Part shown: positions 1 to 10,796 of the stretch, one piece after another
How the letters are laid out: each line of letters begins with the position of its first letter
How positions within the stretch are numbered: the first letter of the stretch is position 1
From: Ginkgo biloba
Taxonomy: Eukaryota > Plantae > Ginkgophyta
Length of the DNA stretch: 21,893 nt
NCBI GenBank assembly: GCA_024626585.2
Contig: JANKJI020000004.1
Coordinates: 57,492,633 to 57,514,525 of the forward strand
Direction of reading: 5' to 3'
The notes under the pieces: generated by a model
Databases searched by the model: none
The model's input: only the letters and a program-made list of their open reading frames with translations
What the model was told of the DNA's origin: nothing
Position numbers and translations under genes: made by a program

Positions 1-115
1 AGTTATCGAAAAGAGTATTTCAAGTGGAAAAACCTATTAGAATTACAAGTAGCATAGGGAATAGGAGAATGGGAATCATGACCATATAAAATCAAATGTG
101 ACAAAAGTTACTCAC

Positions 116-244
116 CCAACGTGCATCAGGAAGCAGGCGTCCTAAACGCCGTATAGAAACACGACAAAATGTCTCAAAGCTCTCTCCCACACCAGAACCC
201 TCCTTGTCAAGTTTCTCCAGAATAGTGTCAATACTTTCTTTCCC
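116..244 (-). CDS. GMI1: GMI1-like internal exon, 129 nt, phase 0/0: GKESIDTILEKLDKEGSGVGESFETFCRVSIRRLGRLLPDARW
   Basis: Acceptor ttacag, donor gtgagt, open frame; RVSIRRLGRLLPDARW is a signature recalled from plant GMI1. Confidence 0.92.
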
Positions 245-323
245 CTGTAAGAAAGTGCAAATCACGAAACTCAGTCCTCTATTAAATGAAGTAAAGAGGT
301 CCTAAGCATGTCCGCATACTGAC

Positions 324-394
324 CTGGAGAATAGGGAAATAAAAGCAGGAAATCCGAGCATTAGCACTGTCCACAACACCAGTCCTGTTCAAAC
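324..394 (-). CDS. GMI1: GMI1-like internal exon, 71 nt, phase 1/0: (G)LNRTGVVDSANARISCFYFPILQ
   Basis: Acceptor ttccag, donor gtcagt, 79-nt intron to the next exon, frame compatible with both neighbours; ANARxxxxYFP motif. Confidence 0.88.
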
Positions 395-616
395 CTGGAA
401 CCAGTTCCAATATTTTTTACATATTGCACTTTGGTTATACGAGTTATTTGCAGTAGTACTCAAGTAAATCCTAATCAAGAAGAGATCTACTTTAGTCTGT
501 AGAACCAAGTCATCCTTTAATGTGTTAACAACACTTGTTGCTTAGGAAAGATGATGAAAGGAGAAAGAGAAGGCAGAAAATCATTCCCATCTGCATATTG
601 TTGCAAGTAATATTAC

Positions 617-752
617 CAGAGCCTGTATGACCTTGTAGCTCGTTCGTTTTCTTTAAACACAGATCCAGAACAAATGGTGGGGCGTTACAAGATGCAAGAT
701 TTGTTGCAACCACCTCGCCGCCTTCTACCTCTGTCAGGTTTGTACCATTTAC
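617..752 (-). CDS. GMI1: GMI1-like internal exon, 136 nt, phase 0/1: VNGTNLTEVEGGEVVATNLASCNAPPFVLDLCLKKTNELQGHTGS(G)
   Basis: Acceptor ttttcag, donor gtaata (an in-phase alternative donor gtcata would end the exon at 632). Overlaps ORF 525..713. VNGxxLxExEGGEV..TNLxSCN motif. Confidence 0.88.
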
Positions 753-1724
753 CTGAAAATCCTCGGTGAGTAATAGGATCTACCATGAACTTTAATCTAC
801 AGAATTCAAGTAATTATACAACTTCACAAGGGTACTTGATTTATTCTTCAAAAGGAGGTCTCAAAGATAACATAGCAAACAAATGTTCAGCTTCATCCAA
901 GCCTTCCACATTTGGGCAACAGCAATCTCTGAAACCCAGCATTCATTACTATTTGTACTCATTTGGTGACTATAATAAAGTAAGTTGAATTCAAGAACTC
1001 ATTCATAGCAATACACTGAACTCTCTAGAGCATCAATTAGGGCTAGCATGCACTTGTTAAGAAAGCTTTTAAGTAATCAATACTCGTGTATCCAAAATAA
1101 GAGTGATCCACAAAAGAACTGTAAAGATACGGTGATTATTGCACAAGATCGATGATAATACTCTGAATGGTTGGCCTGATGGCCTAGGTGGGAGATGGCT
1201 TCCCGATTCCACATATGGGGGATAGCTTCTTGGACAGCCTACAAGGAATGGATTCCCGGAACAAGTAGCTTAAGTTGATCTCATATGATAGTACCTAAAG
1301 GACACGTATATATGTCATGAGTGGTATCCTGAATAGATGCTAGGAGGGTGGCACCAATGAGCTATTAAAATGATGGTGTTCCTAACTGGACATTGGGTGA
1401 TAATGTAGCATATAAGTTGCTCTTGGTCATACTAAATCATTATACCTCGAAGCCAACGAGTGGATCCAATTTTAGAGTAGGTTCACTCATTTGTTTTTCC
1501 AATTATCTATTTGTTAAGCATGGAAACAGAAATCTGTAGCAGTACTATCAAAGTCATGCTTTGGTTCACACCCTTCTACAAAAATGGAGTTGAAGGAATG
1601 TGGAACAAATGGAAAAGTCTATTGAAAAACACGAGAAGAGATTGAACTAATTTAGGGAAAAAGTTTCTCAAATGAAAAAGCAACAAAGTGGGAGTCCCCG
1701 CTTTGAAAAAGTGTACAAAGAAAG

Positions 1725-2489
1725 TGTTAGAGTTTAATGTCTATTTTCTAAAATACATAACTTAGTTTTATATTAAAGGCTAAGTTGTGTAGTGGTCACA
1801 AGTAGGTTAGTCTAGTTGTTAGAGTTAGAACTTAATTAAAGTTAATGTCATGTGTTNNNNNNNNNNNNNNNNNNNNNNNNNNNNNNNNNNNNNNNNNNNN
1901 NNNNNNNNNNNNNNNNNNNNNNNNNNNNNNNNNNNNNNNNNNNNNNNNNNNNNNNNAGTATGCATGTCATGTTTCTTTTTAGAACCTATGCTAAGTTTGG
2001 CTAAGGATTTTTCTATAAAAGAGCCTTAAGCCCTATGTTCTCACACAATTGCAATCTTTGTATCTTGCACACTTTGACTAATAGAGAGCTCTTGTTCGTC
2101 CAATTTCTTTGTGGAGATTTTCTTGAGATCTTGCATTTGAATCTTTGAGTTAGATTTTGCTAGATCTTGTTTTCCAAATCCTTTGAGTGCATAGATCCCT
2201 ACTTGGATTGCGTGCAGGTGATTTGGCAACTTCACAAGTTTGTACCGGTCATCATCTCTTGTTGCATACGGCTTCAAATTTTGTTCAAAGTATTTTTCGA
2301 ATTTCGACTATTATACAATTCTTCTGTGCACCATACCATGATGGTGCGCAGTATACCGCTTTTCTGCGCCCTTCAAGAGCGCACTCCGACACGGTTTTGT
2401 CTAAGAAGGCACACATTTACACAATACTCCTTTGTAAAGGCGCACATCGACACCATATTACAAAGAAGCCTAGACCGACACCGCTATCA
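1725..2489 (+). mobile_element. LTR-like fragment(s), interrupted by a 100-N gap
   Basis: Begins TGTTAGAG (1725), has a TATA-like TATAAAA near 2014-2020 and a CpG-rich distal part ending CCGCTATCA (2489). No TSD found; the two sides of the gap may be unrelated. Confidence 0.35.
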
Positions 2490-2699
2490 AAGAATTTCTC
2501 CGACTGTACAATTGGCAGAGCATTGTAGAAGGGCCTCAGTTCAGTGTTGCAGCAAGTTACAAAGTTGATTACCCCCTTGGATTATTATCCATATGCATTC
2601 GCAATGTTTTGAAGGTCATACCTTCATCCTCCTACCACACAGGTACATTAACAACATCCTTTGAAAGAAATTTGAGAATGTACAAACATATACAAAAAA

Positions 2700-3215
2700 G
2701 TTGAACTGGCTCTAAATCTTGAAAAGTGCCAAGTGGGAACTTGTTAGGGCATATTATTTGTAAGCAAGGGCTTAAAATGGATCTAGACAAAGTGAAATTG
2801 ACTCTCTAGATGGAACCTCCAACAAACCTAGATGGTGTGCAACCTGTCTTGGGCATGTTTGTTATCATCGCCAATTCATTAAAAAGATTACCAAAATTGC
2901 CCATCCCTTGGATACTTTGTTGCAGACTGGAGAACTTTTCAATGGCAAGCAAAACATCAAGAAGGTAAGTTCCATATTAGAGTAAGGAGTTACATATACA
3001 TGTGGATGGCATCCAAATTTGCAATTGGATGTACATTAGCACAAGAAAGTGTAAATGGGTTGGATCATCCAATCTAGTTTTCCAATTGGATATAATATCA
3101 TGGAGCAAGAGTATGTTACATGCCCTACAAAAGTTTCAACATTAGTTGATAGCCAATCCTTTTGTTTTCTTTATCAATTATCAAATACTCTTGTATGTAT
3201 TTAAACAAGACTATT
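2700..3215 (+). mobile_element. Degenerate Ty3/gypsy pol fragment (RT C-terminus, connection, RNase H)
   Basis: Frameshifted translation gives LALNLEKC..LLGHIICKQGLKMDLDKV..PPTN..YHRQFIK..KIAHPL and HVD-ASKFAIGCTLAQ..LDHPI..ALQKFQH. Stops and deletions present. Confidence 0.8.
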
Positions 3216-6200
3216 ATTGATGAGTACGATGTGACCTAAGAGTATAATTATAAGTATTATAATTATACTTTATTATTTTTATCCCACAATTAGGAGTCTA
3301 GGACACCGAGTACGAGATTTGTATTTAAGAATGTACTATTCATCATTAAAGGCATTAATAATCATAAAGCTCTCAATTATTTTTTATCCTTTCTCTATCT
3401 TGCTATCTCAAAAGTTTGAAGTTCCACAGAGTTTCTCAACTCTCTCCTCNNNNNNNNNNNNNNNNNNNNNNNNNNNNNNNNNNNNNNNNNNNNNNNNNNN
3501 NNNNNNNNNNNNNNNNNNNNNNNNNNNNNNNNNNNNNNNNNNNNNNNNNACACCCCTAAGTCATGGATTGTCAACTTTTGGGGGGTATTAATAAAGTCAA
3601 AAAACTGTACAACTGAATACAATGTCCAAAATTTAGCTGTCAAACAAGGAAGTGCTACTGAACTAGCAAGCTAATTTAGCACATTACAGCCGTCTTCTTT
3701 TGCCTTCCATTTTCCAAATTTTGGTGGCAGACTAGTTATCATAGCTTTAGCAAGTTGAGTTTGCACACACACTACATGTACAATTCAGTCATCATTTTCT
3801 ATGAGTTGTTCACCACTTTCATCTTCATAATTCTAAGGCTTGGACCTTCAAAAGATTCCTATCCTAGCACTGCAAGAATTCCAGACTTGGTGTCATGTCT
3901 CTGGCATTTTTTAATCAAGGTTTGCACTTCCAGATCTAAAATCATCACCAAAGTTGGATTGCATAACTTCACAGTATAAGAAAAGCTTACCTGGATGTGT
4001 ACATTGTTCATATTGGGTGGCTATCAGTTAAAAGTATATTCAAAGAGATCTTCTTCTAGCTTTCCTCTCTTTCTAGCTTTCTTCTGTTAGTTGGACACTT
4101 GCGAGAAATGTCCATGGAGAATGGTGGCTAAGAGGAAGAAGTTAATCTCAATTGCCCGATAGGTATCAAGGGAAGGGAGAGAAGAAAACATTCTCCTTCA
4201 CACACAAGCTCTTATTGTCCAAGGACTCGTACAGAAGTTAAAACTCAAGGAGGTAAGAATATGCAACCAGGAAAGATGTATGTAATGGAACTGATACTGC
4301 CTCAACACTGATTTGTCTATCAAATTCAGGTTGCAACCTTAAAGGGAAGAAGAAGATGAACATGGATGGTATCAATAAACTGCAAATGAAAGAGAATAAT
4401 GAGTTAAAAAAAATGTATGCCAATGTATCTTTCAACTCATTTAAGGAGGCTTAATTTTGCGAAGTGTTTTTAAAAAAAAAAAAAAAGGACCAAGAATTCA
4501 GTTTTTGCAAATGTCCTTGACTAAAACATCCTTTTGTAATCCTTGTTCCAATTACTAGAATAAATGTGTTTTTTTTTTAATTGGAAATAGAAGGGAATTA
4601 CTGAGAAATCAGAAACAAGAAATAAATGTATTTTTTCAAAACAAATAATACCACCGATTTTTTAACTCCACCCTATACATTGCCATTAGAGGCGATTGGC
4701 AGATTGGTAAACTCCTAATGACCAAAGAGTTTTAAGCCCACCCTATCCAAAGTCGTGAGCCAATAGTTTGAGACCTTGAGTACCCTGTGCTTGAAGATGC
4801 TTTTTGACATCCTAATAACAAAGACCAAGGGAATGACTCCACCCTCTCTTAAAATAATTCATGATTCATAGCAAAGAAGGTTTTATCCATGCCAGTCAAG
4901 TTCAACAGACAATGGGGGGCCAGGGACAAAGTTCACTGTTGCAATAANNNNNNNNNNNNNNNNNNNNNNNNNNNNNNNNNNNNNNNNNNNNNNNNNNNNN
5001 NNNNNNNNNNNNNNNNNNNNNNNNNNNNNNNNNNNNNNNNNNNNNNNATGTTTACCAGTCTTATTCATTTATGTCAAATTGTGGACTCTGATTCAACATG
5101 CATACTATTTATTTATTTATGTTATTTTATGTTCAATGCATGTTTAAGAGAATTAATAAGGATTAGCATTCAAGACCAAAAGCGACACTGTTACATGGAT
5201 GGACTATTTCTTAGCCAGTTATAATTTGTTTATGGTGTTTATGTGCATGTGGCAATGATTAAATTCCAAGTACCTGGGATTTACTCTTATTATTGTTTAA
5301 GGTTTGTAGGATTTACCATGACTTGAAAATAATGTCAACAAAGTAGAGAATACAATTCGCGCAAAGGCATCAACAATAATTCTTTAAGCAACACTCACAC
5401 GGGAACGCTAAAGTCAGAGTGGCCAAGATAATTCTAGTCCCACGATAAGGAATGTATGTGTACATTGCAAATTATAATGCTAGTAGCTTATGTATCTTAA
5501 AGGGGTGATCACATGTAAGTTGTCAACATTCGTGGTTTATAAATATAATTAATGAAGAGTGGTAGTTAGGTATTTGCTTAGTGTATTATGGATGAGAGAG
5601 GTGGGTGTGTGATTGAGAAGCACACTAGCACAAAGGCAACAAACAATTTTATATTCCTAGGAATAAAAAGAGAGTGCTAGGCCTCTCGTGGACCTAGTTC
5701 AAGATCAATGTATTTATTATGTTCTTGTGATGGTGTTGTAATTACGCTTGCCTTTGTGGATGCTCATTCTATTTTGATGAGCACATGCCCTTATTCTAGT
5801 AAGAAGATACCTTGATAAAATACAATCAATTCATTTAAGGTGTCATGTGAAAATTGCAAGCCTCCTTAGGCCCTAGACTTTTCATACAAACATTATGCCA
5901 TCAAAAATGCAAGCTTGAAAAACACATAATTGCCATCTATTCGATTGTAAACAATTAGATTCAAAAGGACGACTTGCTACAAACTAGTTCTTATAGTTTA
6001 TGGTAAATGTTTTCATGGTTATTATTTTATTATTGATAAGCATGAATAAGAACATTTTGATGTCTTGTTGTATGCTAGTTTATTTATGGGTTTGAGGCTC
6101 ACCCATGCTAGAAAGCAACTACCCTAGACTAAAAAACTTATTGGGGCTGAAAGGGCTTGAAGCAAGGGTGACGAGCCATTGTGAGAGAAAGCTATTAACC

Positions 6201-6240
6201 TTTATATATAGAATACAAATCTAAATACTACTTTAAGTTA

Positions 6241-6528
6241 GACCATTAATATTTGTATGCATATTGTCAACAAGTTGTGAAATAACCAACTATGCGGATG
6301 AAATTGCCAAATACCTTAAAAGCAATGGGTTGGGAGGCCCTATGAGTTTTGACCTTTATCTGCCACATCAGCCAATTGGATTAGTGGGATATATGGATGC
6401 CATTGATGTTTATATGCATATTGTTGATAGGTTGAAAAATGACCAATAGGTTGGTGAAATTGCCAAATACCTTTCAAGTAATGGATTGCAAGGCGACATG
6501 AATTTTTCCCTTTATCCCACATAAGCCA
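6241..6528. repeat. Diverged tandem repeat, 156-bp period, about 1.85 copies visible before an N gap
   Basis: GAAATTGCCAAATACCTT occurs at 6300 and 6456; TATGCATATTGT and CCTTTATC..CCACAT.AGCCA recur at about the same spacing. Confidence 0.8.
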
Positions 6529-7224
6529 NNNNNNNNNNNNNNNNNNNNNNNNNNNNNNNNNNNNNNNNNNNNNNNNNNNNNNNNNNNNNNNNNNNNNNNN
6601 NNNNNNNNNNNNNNNNNNNNNNNNNNNNTATTAGCTACCCTTCTAACTTTTAGGATTTCCCAAAGGAGCGGATTATGTTTGGATCCAATTTTGGGGAGCG
6701 CTATTAACATTGAATCTCTAAAGACAGAGAGTCCTTCCTAGGAGACCAGAAAATGATCCAACTGAATTTGGATTTGTTTATCCCCAACTCTTCTATTACT
6801 CCAGGTAAAATGAAACCTTCTCAGATTCACATCCATTAAAGAGTTAGAATTGAGGAAGTCCTAGAAATTGTGCATACTGTCCATGAAAAGGTTGGAACCT
6901 CCTTTCTTGTCCAATGGGGTTAGAGGCATATTGAAATCACTTGCAAGGACCCATGGATAGTTAGAAATATATCCTAGGAACAATCGCCCTTTTGCGGGAA
7001 AGTAGTGGCAACCTTTGAACACTGTCATGGCAAAGCTTAAGTTGCACTTAAAAAGGCCCTAGGACTTGCCCGCTTACTCTTGTGCATCTACCTTGTTGGA
7101 TACTAGTCCGCATTAGTAGAAGACAATTGCAAGGGGTACAATCTGCTATGCAAGAGGAAAAGATGTTGAGTAGTGACGCTAATGTGAAAAGGGACTAGTG
7201 TCACCATAAAATTTCCCTAGCAAT

Positions 7225-8100
7225 TGTAATGCCCTACCTAGTTCTAGTTTGAGACTACACGTTAATTAATTTTGTGCGCACCCTGACTCAAAACAAATTG
7301 TGATGATGTAATCATTCATCAATGTTAAAATTGTTTTTTTTAGTGTGACTCAAGGTTTACGATCATGCTTGTGAATGGAAAATAGATGTGATAAAGTGAA
7401 TTGTTATTTGTGCACATGATTGATGGTTGTTTAAATAATGAATTATTCACATAAATAAATTCTTCCTAGATTTAACTAGTGACCAAACATGGAAATAAGG
7501 AACCCAAAAAGGGCACAAAACCATGCACTTCCTTGAAAAGGAAATTTAGAATAGTTAGTAGACAGTGAAATTAGTGCACAAGTCATAGTAAGGAGCTTTG
7601 ATAAAGATACAGAGAGAATAACTGAGAATTTCTCATGAGGAGTTGAGTGGCTACCAGGAGGGGAAGAAAGGATTGGGTAAGAGAGTGAAGGATTCCTCCA
7701 CATAGCCAGGCAGGTGGGTGGATGGAGTGAAGATGGGTTGGTTTTTGAATTTTTTATTATTTATTTAGAATTATTTTTCCTTATGCTTGGATATTGTTTT
7801 GATGGATGCTAAAGATGAATGTGTACGATAAACAAATATAGTTATGCATTTATTTGGAGAGCATGCTAGATTGCAAATGATGTTTTTCTCTTATATAAAT
7901 TACATTATGGAAAAACTGAGCAATGAGGTTGTTTTCTTTCAAGAATTAATTTCCATGTTCATGATGTGATTGGGTTGGGTTTTTTAGCACTTCTTCCATA
8001 ATGCCTCTACATTACTTTTCCGTTGTTGTAGGCCATCTAGGCACCAATATGGGCCATGCTCATTGCCCAACATCTAGCATGGGTCGCATCCAACCTACGT
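7225..8100 (+). mobile_element. Possible LTR fragment (chromovirus-like 5' terminus); right end undefined
   Basis: Starts TGTAATGCCC, resembling common plant gypsy LTR termini. Non-coding, with no partner LTR or TSD seen. Confidence 0.3.
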
Positions 8101-8405
8101 GACCTTGTAAGAAAGGCATTGACCTCCACAAAAGAATGTGGGTTGTCTCATAGTAATACATGAAGCTACACTAGGAGACAACTCCTTAGTAACATTCCAA
8201 GACTATTGGAAGGAAACTATACCATTCTAAACATTTCTAACCCATTGTGCCATCATTCAATCAAATTTAGACATTGAGTACTACAATAAAAAAAAATCTG
8301 TGGTAGACCAATTCTACCCAAAAACCTGGTGTAGTCTAGTGTGATTGATTCTTCTTGTATGTTCTCGATTTTGCCCGATTACCATCGTGATCCTGAGTTC
8401 ACATT

Positions 8406-8417
8406 TGGTATCAAAGC
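8406..8417 (+). promoter_or_regulatory. LTR-retrotransposon primer-binding site complementary to tRNA-iMet
   Basis: ...GTTCACA-tt-TGGTATCAAAGC: LTR-like CA end at 8403, 2-nt spacer, 11/12 match to the canonical TGGTATCAGAGC. Confidence 0.75.
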
Positions 8418-8748
8418 AGTTGGCTCGAGAGCAGTACGCAGGATTCAAGTGGTGAATAATCGAAAGGGTTTCAAAAAAACCCTGATTGCAGTACGTAAAT
8501 CAGAATTCGAATTGAAGGGNNNNNNNNNNNNNNNNNNNNNNNNNNNNNNNNNNNNNNNNNNNNNNNNNNNNNNNNNNNNNNNNNNNNNNNNNNNNNNNNN
8601 NNNNNNNNNNNNNNNNNNNTCCCTCCAAAGAAGAGATCTAGGCAATTATTCTATAAGAATATGCGTTGGAAGTCTCTATGCATCCAATTGATGACTCCAA
8701 ATATGAAAGAAATAACAACAATCCTTTCTAAGTTGGCAACACCTCTAA

Positions 8749-10770
8749 TATTTTATTGTAGATTTGTACTAAACTTTTCTAAGTTGGCAACACCCCTAAC
8801 AAGTTGCTTAAGAAATCCATGAGCTTCAAATGGATGAAAAGGTGCCAAGCTAGCTTTGAGTTGTTGAAGCAAAAGTTAACAAAGGCTCCAATCTTGACTT
8901 TACTCAATGTGGCAATACCTTTCACTATCTAGACTAATGCAAGTGGCATTACTATTGGAGCAGTGCTATACACAAGATGGTAAGGTAGTAGCATATGAAA
9001 GAAGAAAAATGAATGAACAGAACAAAGATATCATATTTATGATCAAGAGCTTCATACAGTTATTCATCCTATAAAGATTTGGTAGCATTATTCAAAGAAT
9101 AATTAATTTGAAGTGGTTATAGATCATAACCCTTTGTTGTCCTTTCCTCCTAATAAGGCCAAATTGGGGTCTAGGCAATACAGATGGGCTATAATATCTG
9201 AGGAATTCAAGCCCAAGATGACTTATATAGTAGAGAAGAGAAATTTAGTAGTAGATGCACTGTCAAGAATGCCACATCTAAATGATATTTCAATTGATTA
9301 GGGGTATTTCGAGAAGGAAATCCAAGAAACATGAGAGTAAGACAAGTTGTGTCAAGAGGTAAAGCGTGCTTTGAATAATGGTGATTATATGCAAGATTTC
9401 ACATATTGTGATGGACTATTATGATATGGGGATAGAGTGGTTATCCTAGATATTGTTGAAGTGGAAGTATAAAATATTATACGAATTGTATGACTATTTG
9501 TTTGCTAGTCATGTGGGTAGGGACAAGACATACGAGGCCACCAAAAAGTATGCTNNNNNNNNNNNNNNNNNNTATGCTTACTTGATGAATATGAAGAAGG
9601 AAATTGATGCTTATATGAGAATATGTGAGCAATATCAAGTAAACAAGGCAAAGAGAGATCAACCACTGGGTTGTTGATGCCATTACCTATTCCTAAAGGC
9701 AAGTAGGAAAGTATCTCAATGGATTTTATGACATCCTTACCAAGAACGCAACGACAACACCATCAAATATTGGTGGTAGTGGATCGTCTCACAAAGATGG
9801 CACAGTTTATGTCATGCAGAATGACCCATAAGGGTAATGACATAGCAGAGATTTTGCTACCAGAGGTCTTTACCAAGTATGAGGTTCCTAAGAGTATAGC
9901 AAGCGATCGAGATTCAAAGTTCACCAATCACCTATGGACAAAATTATTTCATGCATTGGGTACTAAGTTGGATTTTAATAGCAATGATCATCCTCAAACA
10001 GATGGATAGACAAAGAGAGTCAACCACATTATGGAGGATATGTTGAGGTCTCATGTGGCGGCTAGACAAACCAGTAGGGAGGAGAGACTTTCATTTGTGG
10101 AATTCACATACACCAATAGCAAGCATTCTGCTATAGGTATGACACCATCTAAAGCTATCTATGGTAATGAATCTTAATTCCTTGGGAGATTGATTTGAAG
10201 AATTTTAAGAGAAAAAACACAAGTTTCCTTCGAAATTCTTGAGCAAATGCACGAAAAATTAAGGGCATGATGAAAGAACATGGAAAGAACACAATCTCGT
10301 GCTAAGGTGTATATGGATCAGCATAGATCGCTAAGGAGTTTCGAGGTTGGAGATATGGTGNNNNNNNNNNATCTTCGGGCTAATCCAAATAGCTCATTGC
10401 CAACTTGACGATGTGCTAAGTTGTCAACTTGGTATTGCGCCCCCTTCCAAGTGCTAGGGATTTAATGAAGCAGCTTATAGACTTAATTACAGGGTCTTAT
10501 GAAGTTGCACCTAGTTTTCCATGTAACTTTCTTAAAGAATGGTTTATCGAGATACGATAATGTTTTGCCTTCTTATGTTCACGTACAAGAAGTAGAACAA
10601 GCAGTACATGATCCAATTGCAATATTGGATGAAAGAACAAGNNNNNNNNNNNNNNNNNNNNNNNNNNNNNNNNNNNNNNNNNNNNNNNGGTAGAGTGATG
10701 TAATAAGCCTATTAAGGAAACAACTTGGAAATCTCTTGCATTTGTTAGAGAAATTGGGCTCATTGAGGGA
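8749..10770 (+). mobile_element. Degenerate Ty3/gypsy chromovirus pol (RT end, RNase H, integrase, GPY/F region, chromodomain), copy 1
   Basis: RFVLNFSKLATPL, FELLKQKLTKAPIL, NASGITIGAVL, VIDHNPL, VDALSR, SHVGRDKTY, SMDFMTSLPRT, VVVDRLTKMA, SDRDSKFT, HPQTDG, LHLVFHV, HDPIAILDER..TTWK. Many stops and frameshifts. Confidence 0.95.
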
Positions 10771-10782
10771 AATGATCTCCAC

Positions 10783-10796
10783 AAGATTGGGAGAGA
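10783..10796 (+). promoter_or_regulatory. Polypurine tract of copy 1
   Basis: AAGATTGGGAGAGA directly before TGTTACA; the same arrangement occurs in copy 2. Confidence 0.75.

Noticed and set aside
1170-1225. TGGCCTGATGG A-box-like motif, possible SINE
   Set aside because: No convincing B box, tail or TSD.
2167-2568. Overlapping 133-aa and 113-aa ORFs
   Set aside because: No recognisable motif; they lie in LTR-like, locally GC-richer sequence where chance ORFs are expected.
3985-4030. Strong minus-strand donor CAG|gtaag preceded by ..VHIQ, a candidate for the missing YFPYIQ exon
   Set aside because: The upstream peptide (PNMNNVHIQ) does not match KDIYFPYIQ.
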